A DNA stretch of 64,000 nt from the NCBI GenBank assembly GCA_964622665.1, contig CAZUUO010000001.1, positions 6,666 to 70,665 of the forward strand, written 5' to 3'. The first letter of the stretch is position 1. Each line of letters begins with the position of its first letter. The notes beneath the pieces were generated by a model that saw only the letters and a list, made by a program, of their open reading frames with translations, was not told where the DNA came from and searched no databases. Below are positions 56,982 through 64,000 of the stretch, piece after piece. The translations under genes were made by a program, and so were the position numbers. This DNA is from an uncultured Gammaproteobacteria bacterium. Lineage in GTDB: Bacteria > Patescibacteriota > Patescibacteriia > Magasanikbacterales > GCA-002688135.

Positions 56982-58430
56982 TTACCATGAACTGGGCACC
57001 GGTTTACCTTCTTCAAATCCTGCCGATGTTTGTACGCCAATAACCGCATTTGCATACAGCTCTTCCAAACTTTTTGCGTTTGAATAGGTGCAGGCGCTGC
57101 GCACTCCCGCCATAATACTATCAATAATATCTTCCGCACTTTCTTGTCCTTCTTTTATATACATGCGAGAGCTGCTAATTCCCTCTTCGAAATATTGTTT
57201 ACGATATCCTTCAAACGAATTTTCATCATCAATGCGTCCTTGTACCGCACGACGTGAGGCCATACCGAAATTTTCTTTATACCATTTGCCTTGTGCGTCC
57301 TTCATTATGTCTGCTGGACTTTCAAAGGTTCCTGCCCACAACGAACCAAACATAACATGAGACGCTCCTGCAACTAACGACAGCACGATGTCTCGAGGAT
57401 GACGTACACCGCCATCAGCCCACACTTCTTTGTGTAATGCACGCGCTTCTTGTGCACACTCGTACACTGCACTCCACTGCGGACGTCCAATTCCCGTCAT
57501 CATGCGCGTAGTACACATTGCCCCCGGCCCAATTCCCACTTTTACAATTGATGCACCTGCATCACATAAATCTCGCACCGCTTCTTTAGTAACAACATTA
57601 CCAGCAACTAACGGCCGTTGTGTTCCTACAATCGCACGAGCTCGACGAATCACCTCAATCATTTTCTTTTGATGTCCATGCGCTGTATCTAAAACTATAA
57701 CATCCACACCTATCGTTAGTAATTGTTTAATACGTGCTTCAACATCACCATTAATACCCACTGCAACTGCGGTTGCTAATGTCCCTTGTTCATTCAATGC
57801 TGGTTTATAAATTGAAGAGCGAACTAAACCTTTTTTGGTTACAATTCCTTTCAAAGTCCCATTGCCTGCAATAATAGGTAGTACACTTACGCGACGAGCC
57901 TGCATTACCTCAAACAACTCTTGGATGTTTTCTGTTTCGTGATACATGATCATGTCTTTTGACATCACTTGTGACAGTGGTGTGTAGCGATCGCGATTTC
58001 TTCCGTCATGTTCCGTATAAATACCCAATGGTCGCTGTTGTTCATCAACGACAATAATTGCCCCATGAGCACGTTTATACATGAGTGCGTTGGCTGTTTG
58101 AATGGATTCAGAGTGCAGTAATTGCACAGGGGTTTCAAATATACTATGTCGGGTGTGAATATCCCCAATGATCTCTTCTATCCGTTCCATCGTCATATCC
58201 TGGGGTAACACCACGAGACCCCCTCGTCGCGTTACCGTTTCAGCCATACGACGTCCCGCCACCGCGTTCATATTTGATACAATTAACGGTATTGTCGTGG
58301 GTAACTGGCTGTTTGGTTTACAATCAACCTCCATGCGACTTGCCATCTCTGTTAACCGAGGAACCAAGAAAACGTCTGAAAATGTGAGTTCTTTGTTACT
58401 ATCGTGTGCGTGTAAAAATTCCATACCCAT
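56982..58430 (-). CDS. guaB: inosine-5'-monophosphate dehydrogenase
   Basis: Catalytic Cys loop 'GIGPGAMCTTRMMTGIGRPQ', an inserted CBS pair, and the TIM-barrel phosphate-binding 'GGVRH'/'GSLWAG'-type segments. Confidence 0.9.
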   Translation of the reverse strand: MGMEFLHAHDSNKELTFSDVFLVPRLTEMASRMEVDCKPNSQLPTTIPLIVSNMNAVAGRRMAETVTRRGGLVVLPQDMTMERIEEIIGDIHTRHSIFETPVQLLHSESIQTANALMYKRAHGAIIVVDEQQRPLGIYTEHDGRNRDRYTPLSQVMSKDMIMYHETENIQELFEVMQARRVSVLPIIAGNGTLKGIVTKKGLVRSSIYKPALNEQGTLATAVAVGINGDVEARIKQLLTIGVDVIVLDTAHGHQKKMIEVIRRARAIVGTQRPLVAGNVVTKEAVRDLCDAGASIVKVGIGPGAMCTTRMMTGIGRPQWSAVYECAQEARALHKEVWADGGVRHPRDIVLSLVAGASHVMFGSLWAGTFESPADIMKDAQGKWYKENFGMASRRAVQGRIDDENSFEGYRKQYFEEGISSSRMYIKEGQESAEDIIDSIMAGVRSACTYSNAKSLEELYANAVIGVQTSAGFEEGKPVPSSW

Positions 58431-58547
58431 CCATCATCCCACACGTTGCCCCCTTAGTCTCCCCCATTTTTCCACACCTCATAAAACATATTCTTTGACG
58501 TTTCTCTGTTTTTTTAGTATCATTTTGACACATCTTATACATAAACT

Positions 58548-59165
58548 ATGCGTATTTCACGACATCGTCGCAGAAAACCTACCGTCTCGGATAAAGTGCG
58601 TGCACGCATTAACGAGTACATCAAAGCAGATGAGGTTCGCGTTGTTGATGCTGAAGGAGAATATGTGGGTATCATGACCCTCCCTGAAGCACTAACAATC
58701 GCTCGAGAACAAGAGTTGGACCTCGTTGAAATCAATCCAGCGGCTGTTCCTCCGGTATGTAAAATCATGTTGTACGGACAATATAAGTACCAACAGGAAA
58801 AACAAGAACGAACCCGCCGAGCCAAACAAAAGGAAGTCCTTTTGAAAGGTATTCGCCTTTCAGCCCGCATCGGTGACCACGACTTGGAAATCCGCAAAAA
58901 TCAAGCGGTTTCCTTCCTTCAAAAGGGTAATAACGTTAAAATCGAAATTATCTTACGGGGCCGTGAAAAAGGACACACCGATATTGCTCGCAATGTGGTC
59001 CGTGACTTTATTGCAGCCATTCAAGCGGAATGTGGGGCTAAAGTGGAACAACCGGTCATGCAACAAGGACCCCGAATTACCTCTATAATTACTCCACAGG
59101 CTGGGGCAAAACCCGCTCAAAGTGGCGAAAATAAAGAGGAAGATGAACTTGACGAATTAGAATAA
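58548..59165 (+). CDS. infC: translation initiation factor IF-3 with acidic C-terminal tail
   Basis: N-domain 'INEYIKADEVRVVDAEGEYVGIMTLPEALTIAREQELDLVEI' and C-domain 'KEVLLKGIRLSARIGDHDLEIRKNQ'. It ends in 'ENKEEDELDELE'. The start codon is uncertain because IF-3 often uses non-ATG starts. Confidence 0.85.
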   Translation: MRISRHRRRKPTVSDKVRARINEYIKADEVRVVDAEGEYVGIMTLPEALTIAREQELDLVEINPAAVPPVCKIMLYGQYKYQQEKQERTRRAKQKEVLLKGIRLSARIGDHDLEIRKNQAVSFLQKGNNVKIEIILRGREKGHTDIARNVVRDFIAAIQAECGAKVEQPVMQQGPRITSIITPQAGAKPAQSGENKEEDELDELE

Positions 59166-59186
59166 TAAGTGTATAACATTAGCGCT

Positions 59187-59384
59187 ATGCCAAAACATGG
59201 AAAGACAAGAAAATCGGTCGCAAAACGTTTTGCTATTACTCGTAATGGTAAAGTTAGCCATCGAACATCAGGCCAAGATCACTTTAATGCGCGCGAACGC
59301 AGCAAAGTGACTCGTGCTAAACGCCAAGATCGCGCGTTAACCTCAACGCTCACAAAGACGATCACATTGGCTATTAATAAATAA
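59187..59384 (+). CDS. rpmI: 50S ribosomal protein L35
   Basis: 'MPKHGKTRKSVAKRFAITRNGKV' is the canonical L35 N-terminus. The track ORF starts earlier at a GTG. Confidence 0.85.
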   Translation: MPKHGKTRKSVAKRFAITRNGKVSHRTSGQDHFNARERSKVTRAKRQDRALTSTLTKTITLAINK

Positions 59385-59399
59385 TGAGGTTGAAATAAT

Positions 59400-59744
59400 A
59401 TGCCACGCGTAAAACGAGGTACCACCCATACCAAGGCTCGTCGTAGTCTTTTGAAAAAAACTAAGGGTTACATGTGGGGACGCAAGAGCAAAGTTCGTCT
59501 TGCCCACACCGCTGTAATGAAAGCAGGCAGTTACGCCTACCGTGATCGTCGCAATAAAAAGCGTTCAATTCGATCATTGTGGCAAATCAAAATTAACGCC
59601 GCTTCTCGACAATTGGACACTACCTACTCAAAACTTATCGGTGCTCTTAAAAAAGCTAACATTACTATCGATCGCAAGATCTTAGCTCATTTAGCTGAAA
59701 AGCACCCAGAAGTATTTGCAAAAGTAGTCTCTGCTGCAAAATAA
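59400..59744 (+). CDS. rplT: 50S ribosomal protein L20
   Basis: 'MPRVKRGTTHTKARRSLLKKTKGYMWGRKS' is the canonical L20 N-terminus, completing the infC-rpmI-rplT operon. Confidence 0.9.
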   Translation: MPRVKRGTTHTKARRSLLKKTKGYMWGRKSKVRLAHTAVMKAGSYAYRDRRNKKRSIRSLWQIKINAASRQLDTTYSKLIGALKKANITIDRKILAHLAEKHPEVFAKVVSAAK

Positions 59745-59785
59745 AAACAGGCGCCGCAAGGTGCTTGTTTTTTTGTTCTCTATCA

Positions 59786-59814
59786 TTGACACTGAAACCC
59801 TCTTTTGTTATAGT
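59786..59814 (+). promoter_or_regulatory. near-consensus sigma-70 promoter (TTGACA, 17 nt, TATAGT) driving a 240-nt leader upstream of the RimK-like gene
   Basis: Exact TTGACA at 59786-59791, a 17-nt spacer and TATAGT at 59809-59814. Confidence 0.45.
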
Positions 59815-59945
59815 AACCACGTCTTAGAAAATCTAAGGCAGACATGAATCAATAAATAAACACACACGTTTTCTCAATCTAAACGAAAAAGTTTACCCTA
59901 AAATAAACCATTGTATCGTCGTTGTTGTGTATTTGTGTTGATCTC

Positions 59946-60061
59946 ATGTTTGCGGAAGTTCACAAGGCTCTTGTCAGGGCTCAGTGTCTCCCCCTTCATG
60001 CGTACCCTCCTTCGCGTGAAGTGGTGGTTTCATTGGGCCCTGAGAAGAGCTTTTACTTTTT
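59946..60061 (+). other. GC-rich nested-helix RNA element, coincident with a 39-codon uORF, immediately upstream of and overlapping the start (ATGA) of the RimK-like gene
   Basis: Outer helix GCTCTTGTCAGGGC (59967-59980) pairs with GCCCTGAGAAGAGC (60037-60050). Inner helix CTTCATGCG pairs with CGCGTGAAG. TTTTACTTTTT follows. The uORF is MFAEVHKALVRAQCLPLHAYPPSREVVVSLGPEKSFYFL, with its stop in ATGA. Confidence 0.4.
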
Positions 60062-61000
60062 ATGAAAATATATACCCTTGCTTACATTAAAGCAGAGAAA
60101 AAATCAGACAAACCATCTTCAATCGACATGATTGAAGCGGCTGCTATTGCTCGTGGTCATGAATTTGAAGTTATTCTTGCGCGCAATTGCCAAGCATTTT
60201 TTCTTGAGCAACCTTCATTTCAAGTGAATGGTATCGAGCGCTCTGATATTTCTTTACTACTCCATCGTCCCAACTTTAAAAGTGCTGATGCTGAGTTGCA
60301 TCAATGGATTGTAAATCAATTTGATTTAATGGGTGTCTCTATTATCAATCCATCACGCGGGGTACAAATTGCAAAAAATAAACTTCGCCAACTCCAATTG
60401 TTTACCAAACATGATGTACCCATGCCTCGTTCATGTGTGATTCAAAATGGTGAGGGTGTTGAACATGCAACGAAAAATCTCCGTGGTGATTCATTTATCA
60501 TCAAAATCCTCGGCGGCTCACAAGGTATCGGTGTCATGATTGCTGAATCAAAGCGATCTCTTCGTTCAGTAGTTGATTTGTTGACTAACGACGAAAATGC
60601 CTCCCCTATTATTATTCAAGAATACATCAAAGAAGGTTCAGGTAAAGATTTGCGCTTATTTGTTATTGGTAATGAAGTTGTCGCGGCCATGGAACGTACT
60701 GCAGCAAATCCTGAAGAATTCCGCTCAAACTTTAGTCTTGGTGGATCAGTAGCAGCTATTACCCCAACACAAGAAGAAATTGATTTAGCACTTCGTGCAA
60801 GTAAACTTGCAAAATTAGACATCGCCGGCGTTGATATTATTCGTACCAACGAAGGTCCCAAACTCTTAGAAATCAATTCTTCACCTGGTCTTGAAGGTAT
60901 TACTACTGCAACTAGTATTGATATCGCTGGAAAAATCGTTGAATACTACGTTGCTGTTGCTGAAGGTCGCGCAAGTAGCTATGGCAAAAAAGATGAATAA
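60062..61000 (+). CDS. RimK-family ATP-grasp alpha-L-glutamate ligase
   Basis: ATP-grasp layout with 'IIKILGGSQGIGV', 'DLRLFVIGNEVVAAMER' and 'DIAGVDIIRTNEGPKLLEINSSPGLEGI', typical of RimK-like ligases. 312 aa. Confidence 0.75.
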   Translation: MKIYTLAYIKAEKKSDKPSSIDMIEAAAIARGHEFEVILARNCQAFFLEQPSFQVNGIERSDISLLLHRPNFKSADAELHQWIVNQFDLMGVSIINPSRGVQIAKNKLRQLQLFTKHDVPMPRSCVIQNGEGVEHATKNLRGDSFIIKILGGSQGIGVMIAESKRSLRSVVDLLTNDENASPIIIQEYIKEGSGKDLRLFVIGNEVVAAMERTAANPEEFRSNFSLGGSVAAITPTQEEIDLALRASKLAKLDIAGVDIIRTNEGPKLLEINSSPGLEGITTATSIDIAGKIVEYYVAVAEGRASSYGKKDE

Positions 61001-61048
61001 GTTTCCAAACAAAAAATCCCGTCATACTAACGGGATTTTTTAATATTT

Positions 61049-61477
61049 CTAGAAGAACATTTGTTCACCCATGTATCCAATGATTGCCCCAGCAATAAGG
61101 AGTGCAACAAGTTGAAACCCGACATTGATCCAAAAACCTGCATTCACACGGCGTTCAAATACCGCATTGGTTCCATTACTCGTCAACACAAATCCCAACC
61201 AGCACCAGAATCCTCCTTGCATACCCGGAATTACACCATACATACCCTCTGTGAATACAGCGATAACATGTTGCAATACAAATACCGTTACAAAAGATGC
61301 AGCAAGCATCAATACCATACTTTTCCCCTGATTTCCCTTCTTCATATCTTTATCGGTCCATCCCAGTGATTTCATCCAGGCACCTCCAAAGACGCCCTTT
61401 GTGTACCAGACAAATCCCACCACCATATATGCCAATGTTCCTAATACCACACTTTGCCACGTTAATGATAGATCCAT
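61049..61477 (-). CDS. small polytopic membrane protein (DUF1761-like)
   Basis: 142 aa with four TM helices and a 'WYTKGVFGGAWMKSLGW' pattern. Confidence 0.4.
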   Translation of the reverse strand: MDLSLTWQSVVLGTLAYMVVGFVWYTKGVFGGAWMKSLGWTDKDMKKGNQGKSMVLMLAASFVTVFVLQHVIAVFTEGMYGVIPGMQGGFWCWLGFVLTSNGTNAVFERRVNAGFWINVGFQLVALLIAGAIIGYMGEQMFF

Positions 61478-61528
61478 ACGTATGAATTATGTAATATATA
61501 CAGTATAACATGCTTGGCCTCCACCAAA

Positions 61529-62290
61529 CTAATTATTTTCTTGCATATCACAATAATGAATCATCGCACCACTCAAAAATTTTGCTAACCCTGGTGTTAT
61601 ACGTTCATAAAACTCCGTAAACCGCGGATCTTGTACATACATCTGCGCTAAACCACGGTACAGTTCAAGGGTTGGTGTGTAGAAATGATGAAGATGCATG
61701 AAATGTTTGTGGATGATATGTTGCACATCAGCATGTGACACCTCTAACCCCATCTTCTCACACAACTCCACCAAAATTACCTTTCCTTCATCCATCACCT
61801 TTTGCAAACCCTCCTTACCCATTTTTTCTACATTCTTCTGTGATTGTTTATAGAAATCGGTATTCCCCCAGCGTTCTTTTGCCTCCGCTTCATACGCAGC
61901 CATTTTTTCTTTGTCTAACCCTTCAAATAACTCTTCATCATTCATAGTATTGTTTTGTTCTATGCGTTCAATTGTTTTTTCAATCGTGCGCACTATTTTT
62001 TTCAAATTCCCTTGTTTTTTCTCTAACAACATTTTTTGCTTATGCAACGAGTTGAGCAGTGAAAAATCTTTTGCCTGCAGTACTTTTTCTATTTCTTCAA
62101 GTGACATCTCAAGAGCGCGATAAAATAAAATTTGCTGCAAGTGTAGCACATCATTTTCATTGTATATTCGGTATCCATTTTTCGGATTACGAGTTGCACG
62201 AAGCAAACCAATCTCATCATAATAATGAAGTGTTCGTACACTCACTCCCGACATTCCCGCTAACTGTTGTATTGAATAATGCATAGACAT
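61529..62290 (-). CDS. MerR-family transcriptional regulator with TipAS-like C-terminal domain
   Basis: N-terminal MerR helix-turn-helix 'YSIQQLAGMSGVSVRTLHYYDEIGLL', a coiled-coil linker and a C-terminal all-helical effector domain of about 110 aa. Confidence 0.75.
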   Translation of the reverse strand: MSMHYSIQQLAGMSGVSVRTLHYYDEIGLLRATRNPKNGYRIYNENDVLHLQQILFYRALEMSLEEIEKVLQAKDFSLLNSLHKQKMLLEKKQGNLKKIVRTIEKTIERIEQNNTMNDEELFEGLDKEKMAAYEAEAKERWGNTDFYKQSQKNVEKMGKEGLQKVMDEGKVILVELCEKMGLEVSHADVQHIIHKHFMHLHHFYTPTLELYRGLAQMYVQDPRFTEFYERITPGLAKFLSGAMIHYCDMQENN

Positions 62291-62487
62291 ACGTATATCT
62301 TCCTATACCATACACCCTTACGCAAGGTGAGAGTCAATACACCATTTTATTGCTATTTCAATAATCTATTTTAATTTAAATTCATTGACATGATAACGTT
62401 TTTTTGTTATTATTTTTAGTCATGTTTGGGGAATAAAGACACTCAGTCATTTCCCAACAAGACAATCCCTCAAAAGGAGATCGATCC

Positions 62488-63300
62488 ATGAAAAAAATAG
62501 CAAGTGACACACGAGCATACTTCAATTGCATTTATGTGGAGAACAACCTCACGCTTTCTGATCGAGAAGTCATTGATACTGTCACATCACAAATTTCCTC
62601 AACAATTCCTGATGTAGACACATCTTATCTATTTCATAGAAGAGAGTTGCAAATCATTGATGTGTTGCTGGAAGCAGCTATAACAGCCTCCCGAAACTTT
62701 GGCGTGACTGTTACCACTCGACCAGCCAGTCATCTCGTACTTACCAATGAAATGAAAATTGGTTCACAACAGAGAAATGGTTCGTATATCCCTGGTAATA
62801 TCTTTTTACGGAGACGACAAAAACATCTCGCATTTGCTGCAACGGCTGCCCATGAACTTTCACATTTTGTTTCATTTCATGCTCGTCATCAGTCATCTGA
62901 CAAATACACTCGAGTTGGCATGTGTTTGTACTCAAAAAAAATGTTCACCGGTTTAAACGAGGGTGTGACCGATATTTTTGCAAAATATCTTTTGACACAC
63001 ATCCCTCCAGATTCTTTCCTACACGAAATGTCAACTTCTTTGATCTGTGGCTACGAACTACACGCAGCGCTGATTGTTCAATTTATTGAAGACTTGGCAC
63101 TTCATTTTGGAATAGAAACCACATTGCTCACTCACATATTACTCAAAGATTTCCTTACAGGTAGTATCAATTTTCTTCGATTACTGCACGCTTGGCAGCC
63201 AGGCATACTGATACCTCTTTCACAACTTGATACGACCGTGTACTCAATAGGATATTTCTGCAGGACAATCAATTATCCTCTTCGCTGTATGCACGATTAG
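62488..63300 (+). CDS. hypothetical protein with HExxH zinc-metallopeptidase-like motif
   Basis: 'AATAAHELSHFVSF' (HExxH) is followed about 30 aa later by 'NEGVTD', a possible third ligand Glu. The call rests on the motif only. Confidence 0.4.
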   Translation: MKKIASDTRAYFNCIYVENNLTLSDREVIDTVTSQISSTIPDVDTSYLFHRRELQIIDVLLEAAITASRNFGVTVTTRPASHLVLTNEMKIGSQQRNGSYIPGNIFLRRRQKHLAFAATAAHELSHFVSFHARHQSSDKYTRVGMCLYSKKMFTGLNEGVTDIFAKYLLTHIPPDSFLHEMSTSLICGYELHAALIVQFIEDLALHFGIETTLLTHILLKDFLTGSINFLRLLHAWQPGILIPLSQLDTTVYSIGYFCRTINYPLRCMHD

Positions 63301-63351
63301 TCAACCCTTACTACGGTAAGGGTTTTTATTTACAATAAAAAACTGCAGCAC

Positions 63352-63972
63352 TTATGCTACAGTTACGCTTTTAGCGATATTTCTTGGAGTATCTACTTTA
63401 TGATTCAATTCTTTTGCAACAAAATACGCTAATAGTTGGAGAGGGACAATGAAAACATGCGGCTCCAATTCTTTCGCAGTATTTGGCACAACCACTATTG
63501 ATGCCCTCGGAAACATCGCAGCTGTTCTTTTGTAATGTTCTTCTGTAACCACCATCACCATAGCACATCCAATAACCTGTACCTCCTGTGCTGTCACGAG
63601 TATACTATCAATATTTTCATTGTCACAGAGTATAATTACTGTAGATTTCTTTGAGATTACTGCTAGCGGACCATGTTTTAGCTCACCCGCAGGAAATCCT
63701 TCTGATGGAATATAGGTTATCTCCTTCATTTTTAATGCACCCTCTTGTGCAATATATTTCAACATTCCTTTGCCAACAAATGCGATGTAATTGCTACGTT
63801 TCACTTTTTTAGCAATAGACACCATTGATTCTCTTGTATTTTTGTATATTGCAGGAATTACTTCTATCAATGACATTACATGGTGCAATTGTCGCTTACC
63901 TTCTCTTACGCTCATTTTTCTCATCCGCCCCATATACAGCGCAAGCAAAAAACCAATGGTAATTTGTGACAT
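63352..63972 (-). CDS. SIS-domain protein resembling the C-terminal isomerase half of GlmS; the reading frame stays open to the window edge, so it is probably 5'-truncated here
   Basis: 'EGFPAGELKHGPLAVI' matches the GlmS C-terminal SIS signature ('AGELKHGPLALI'). No in-frame stop lies between 63972 and 64000. Confidence 0.5.
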   Translation of the reverse strand: MSQITIGFLLALYMGRMRKMSVREGKRQLHHVMSLIEVIPAIYKNTRESMVSIAKKVKRSNYIAFVGKGMLKYIAQEGALKMKEITYIPSEGFPAGELKHGPLAVISKKSTVIILCDNENIDSILVTAQEVQVIGCAMVMVVTEEHYKRTAAMFPRASIVVVPNTAKELEPHVFIVPLQLLAYFVAKELNHKVDTPRNIAKSVTVA

Positions 63973-64000
63973 GAATACTTTAGTAGACGCAACACTTACT

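Noticed and set aside
59946-60061. Possibility that the GC-rich leader element is an SRP (4.5S) RNA or RNase P RNA
   Set aside because: The SRP domain-IV consensus (GGAAGCAGCC-like symmetric loop, GNRA tetraloop) is not seen. The segment is far too short for RNase P, and its context (promoter, leader, ATGA-coupled start) fits a cis-regulatory element better.
1-64000. CRISPR arrays, rRNA genes, transposases/IS elements
   Set aside because: I saw no regularly spaced direct repeats with unique spacers, no rRNA-like GC-rich blocks beyond tmRNA/tRNA, and no DDE/serine-recombinase-like ORFs. The only mobile-element hint is the duplicated ssrA 3' end, reported as a finding.

Overview
This is a low-GC, gene-dense bacterial window of about 75 protein genes with short intergenic spacers and frequent 1-60 nt gene overlaps. 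The coding repertoire is reduced and housekeeping-heavy, which fits a small-genome (Patescibacteria/CPR-like) bacterium; that taxonomic guess is inference only. Recognisable content by eye: a CsoR-regulated copper-efflux operon (csoR, DUF305, copA, HMA-permease fusion, small secreted protein) with a perfect palindromic operator; the dnaG-rpoD operon; the start of the dcw cluster (mraZ-rsmH-ftsL) with three MraZ boxes; uvrC, uvrA and uvrB within 8 kb; the infC-rpmI-rplT operon; smpB followed by tmRNA (ssrA); tRNA-Asn(GUU); rplU, greA, engB, guaB, a Hanks-type Ser/Thr kinase, an ABC-F ATPase, an ECF sigma/anti-sigma pair, a cytochrome b5-domain protein and a MraY/WecA-family glycosyltransferase. 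The most unusual items are: (1) a three-gene module of unknown function next to tRNA-Asn, consisting of a 484-aa protein of unknown function, an overlapping Pif1-like helicase and a 280-aa coiled-coil protein; (2) a GC-rich 49-aa basic Cys/His mini-gene with AAG-only lysine codons, encoded antisense between rlmD and uvrA; (3) a GC-rich nested-helix RNA element with a coupled 39-codon uORF in the leader of a RimK-like ligase gene; (4) a duplicated tmRNA 3' end about 150 bp downstream of ssrA; (5) three tandem O-antigen-ligase-like/TPR paralogs plus a secreted Ig-like protein; (6) a membrane-anchored Hsp100/Clp ATPase with a degenerate first Walker A; (7) an HtrA-like PDZ protein that appears to lack the catalytic His and Ser. 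No CRISPR array, rRNA or obvious transposase was seen.
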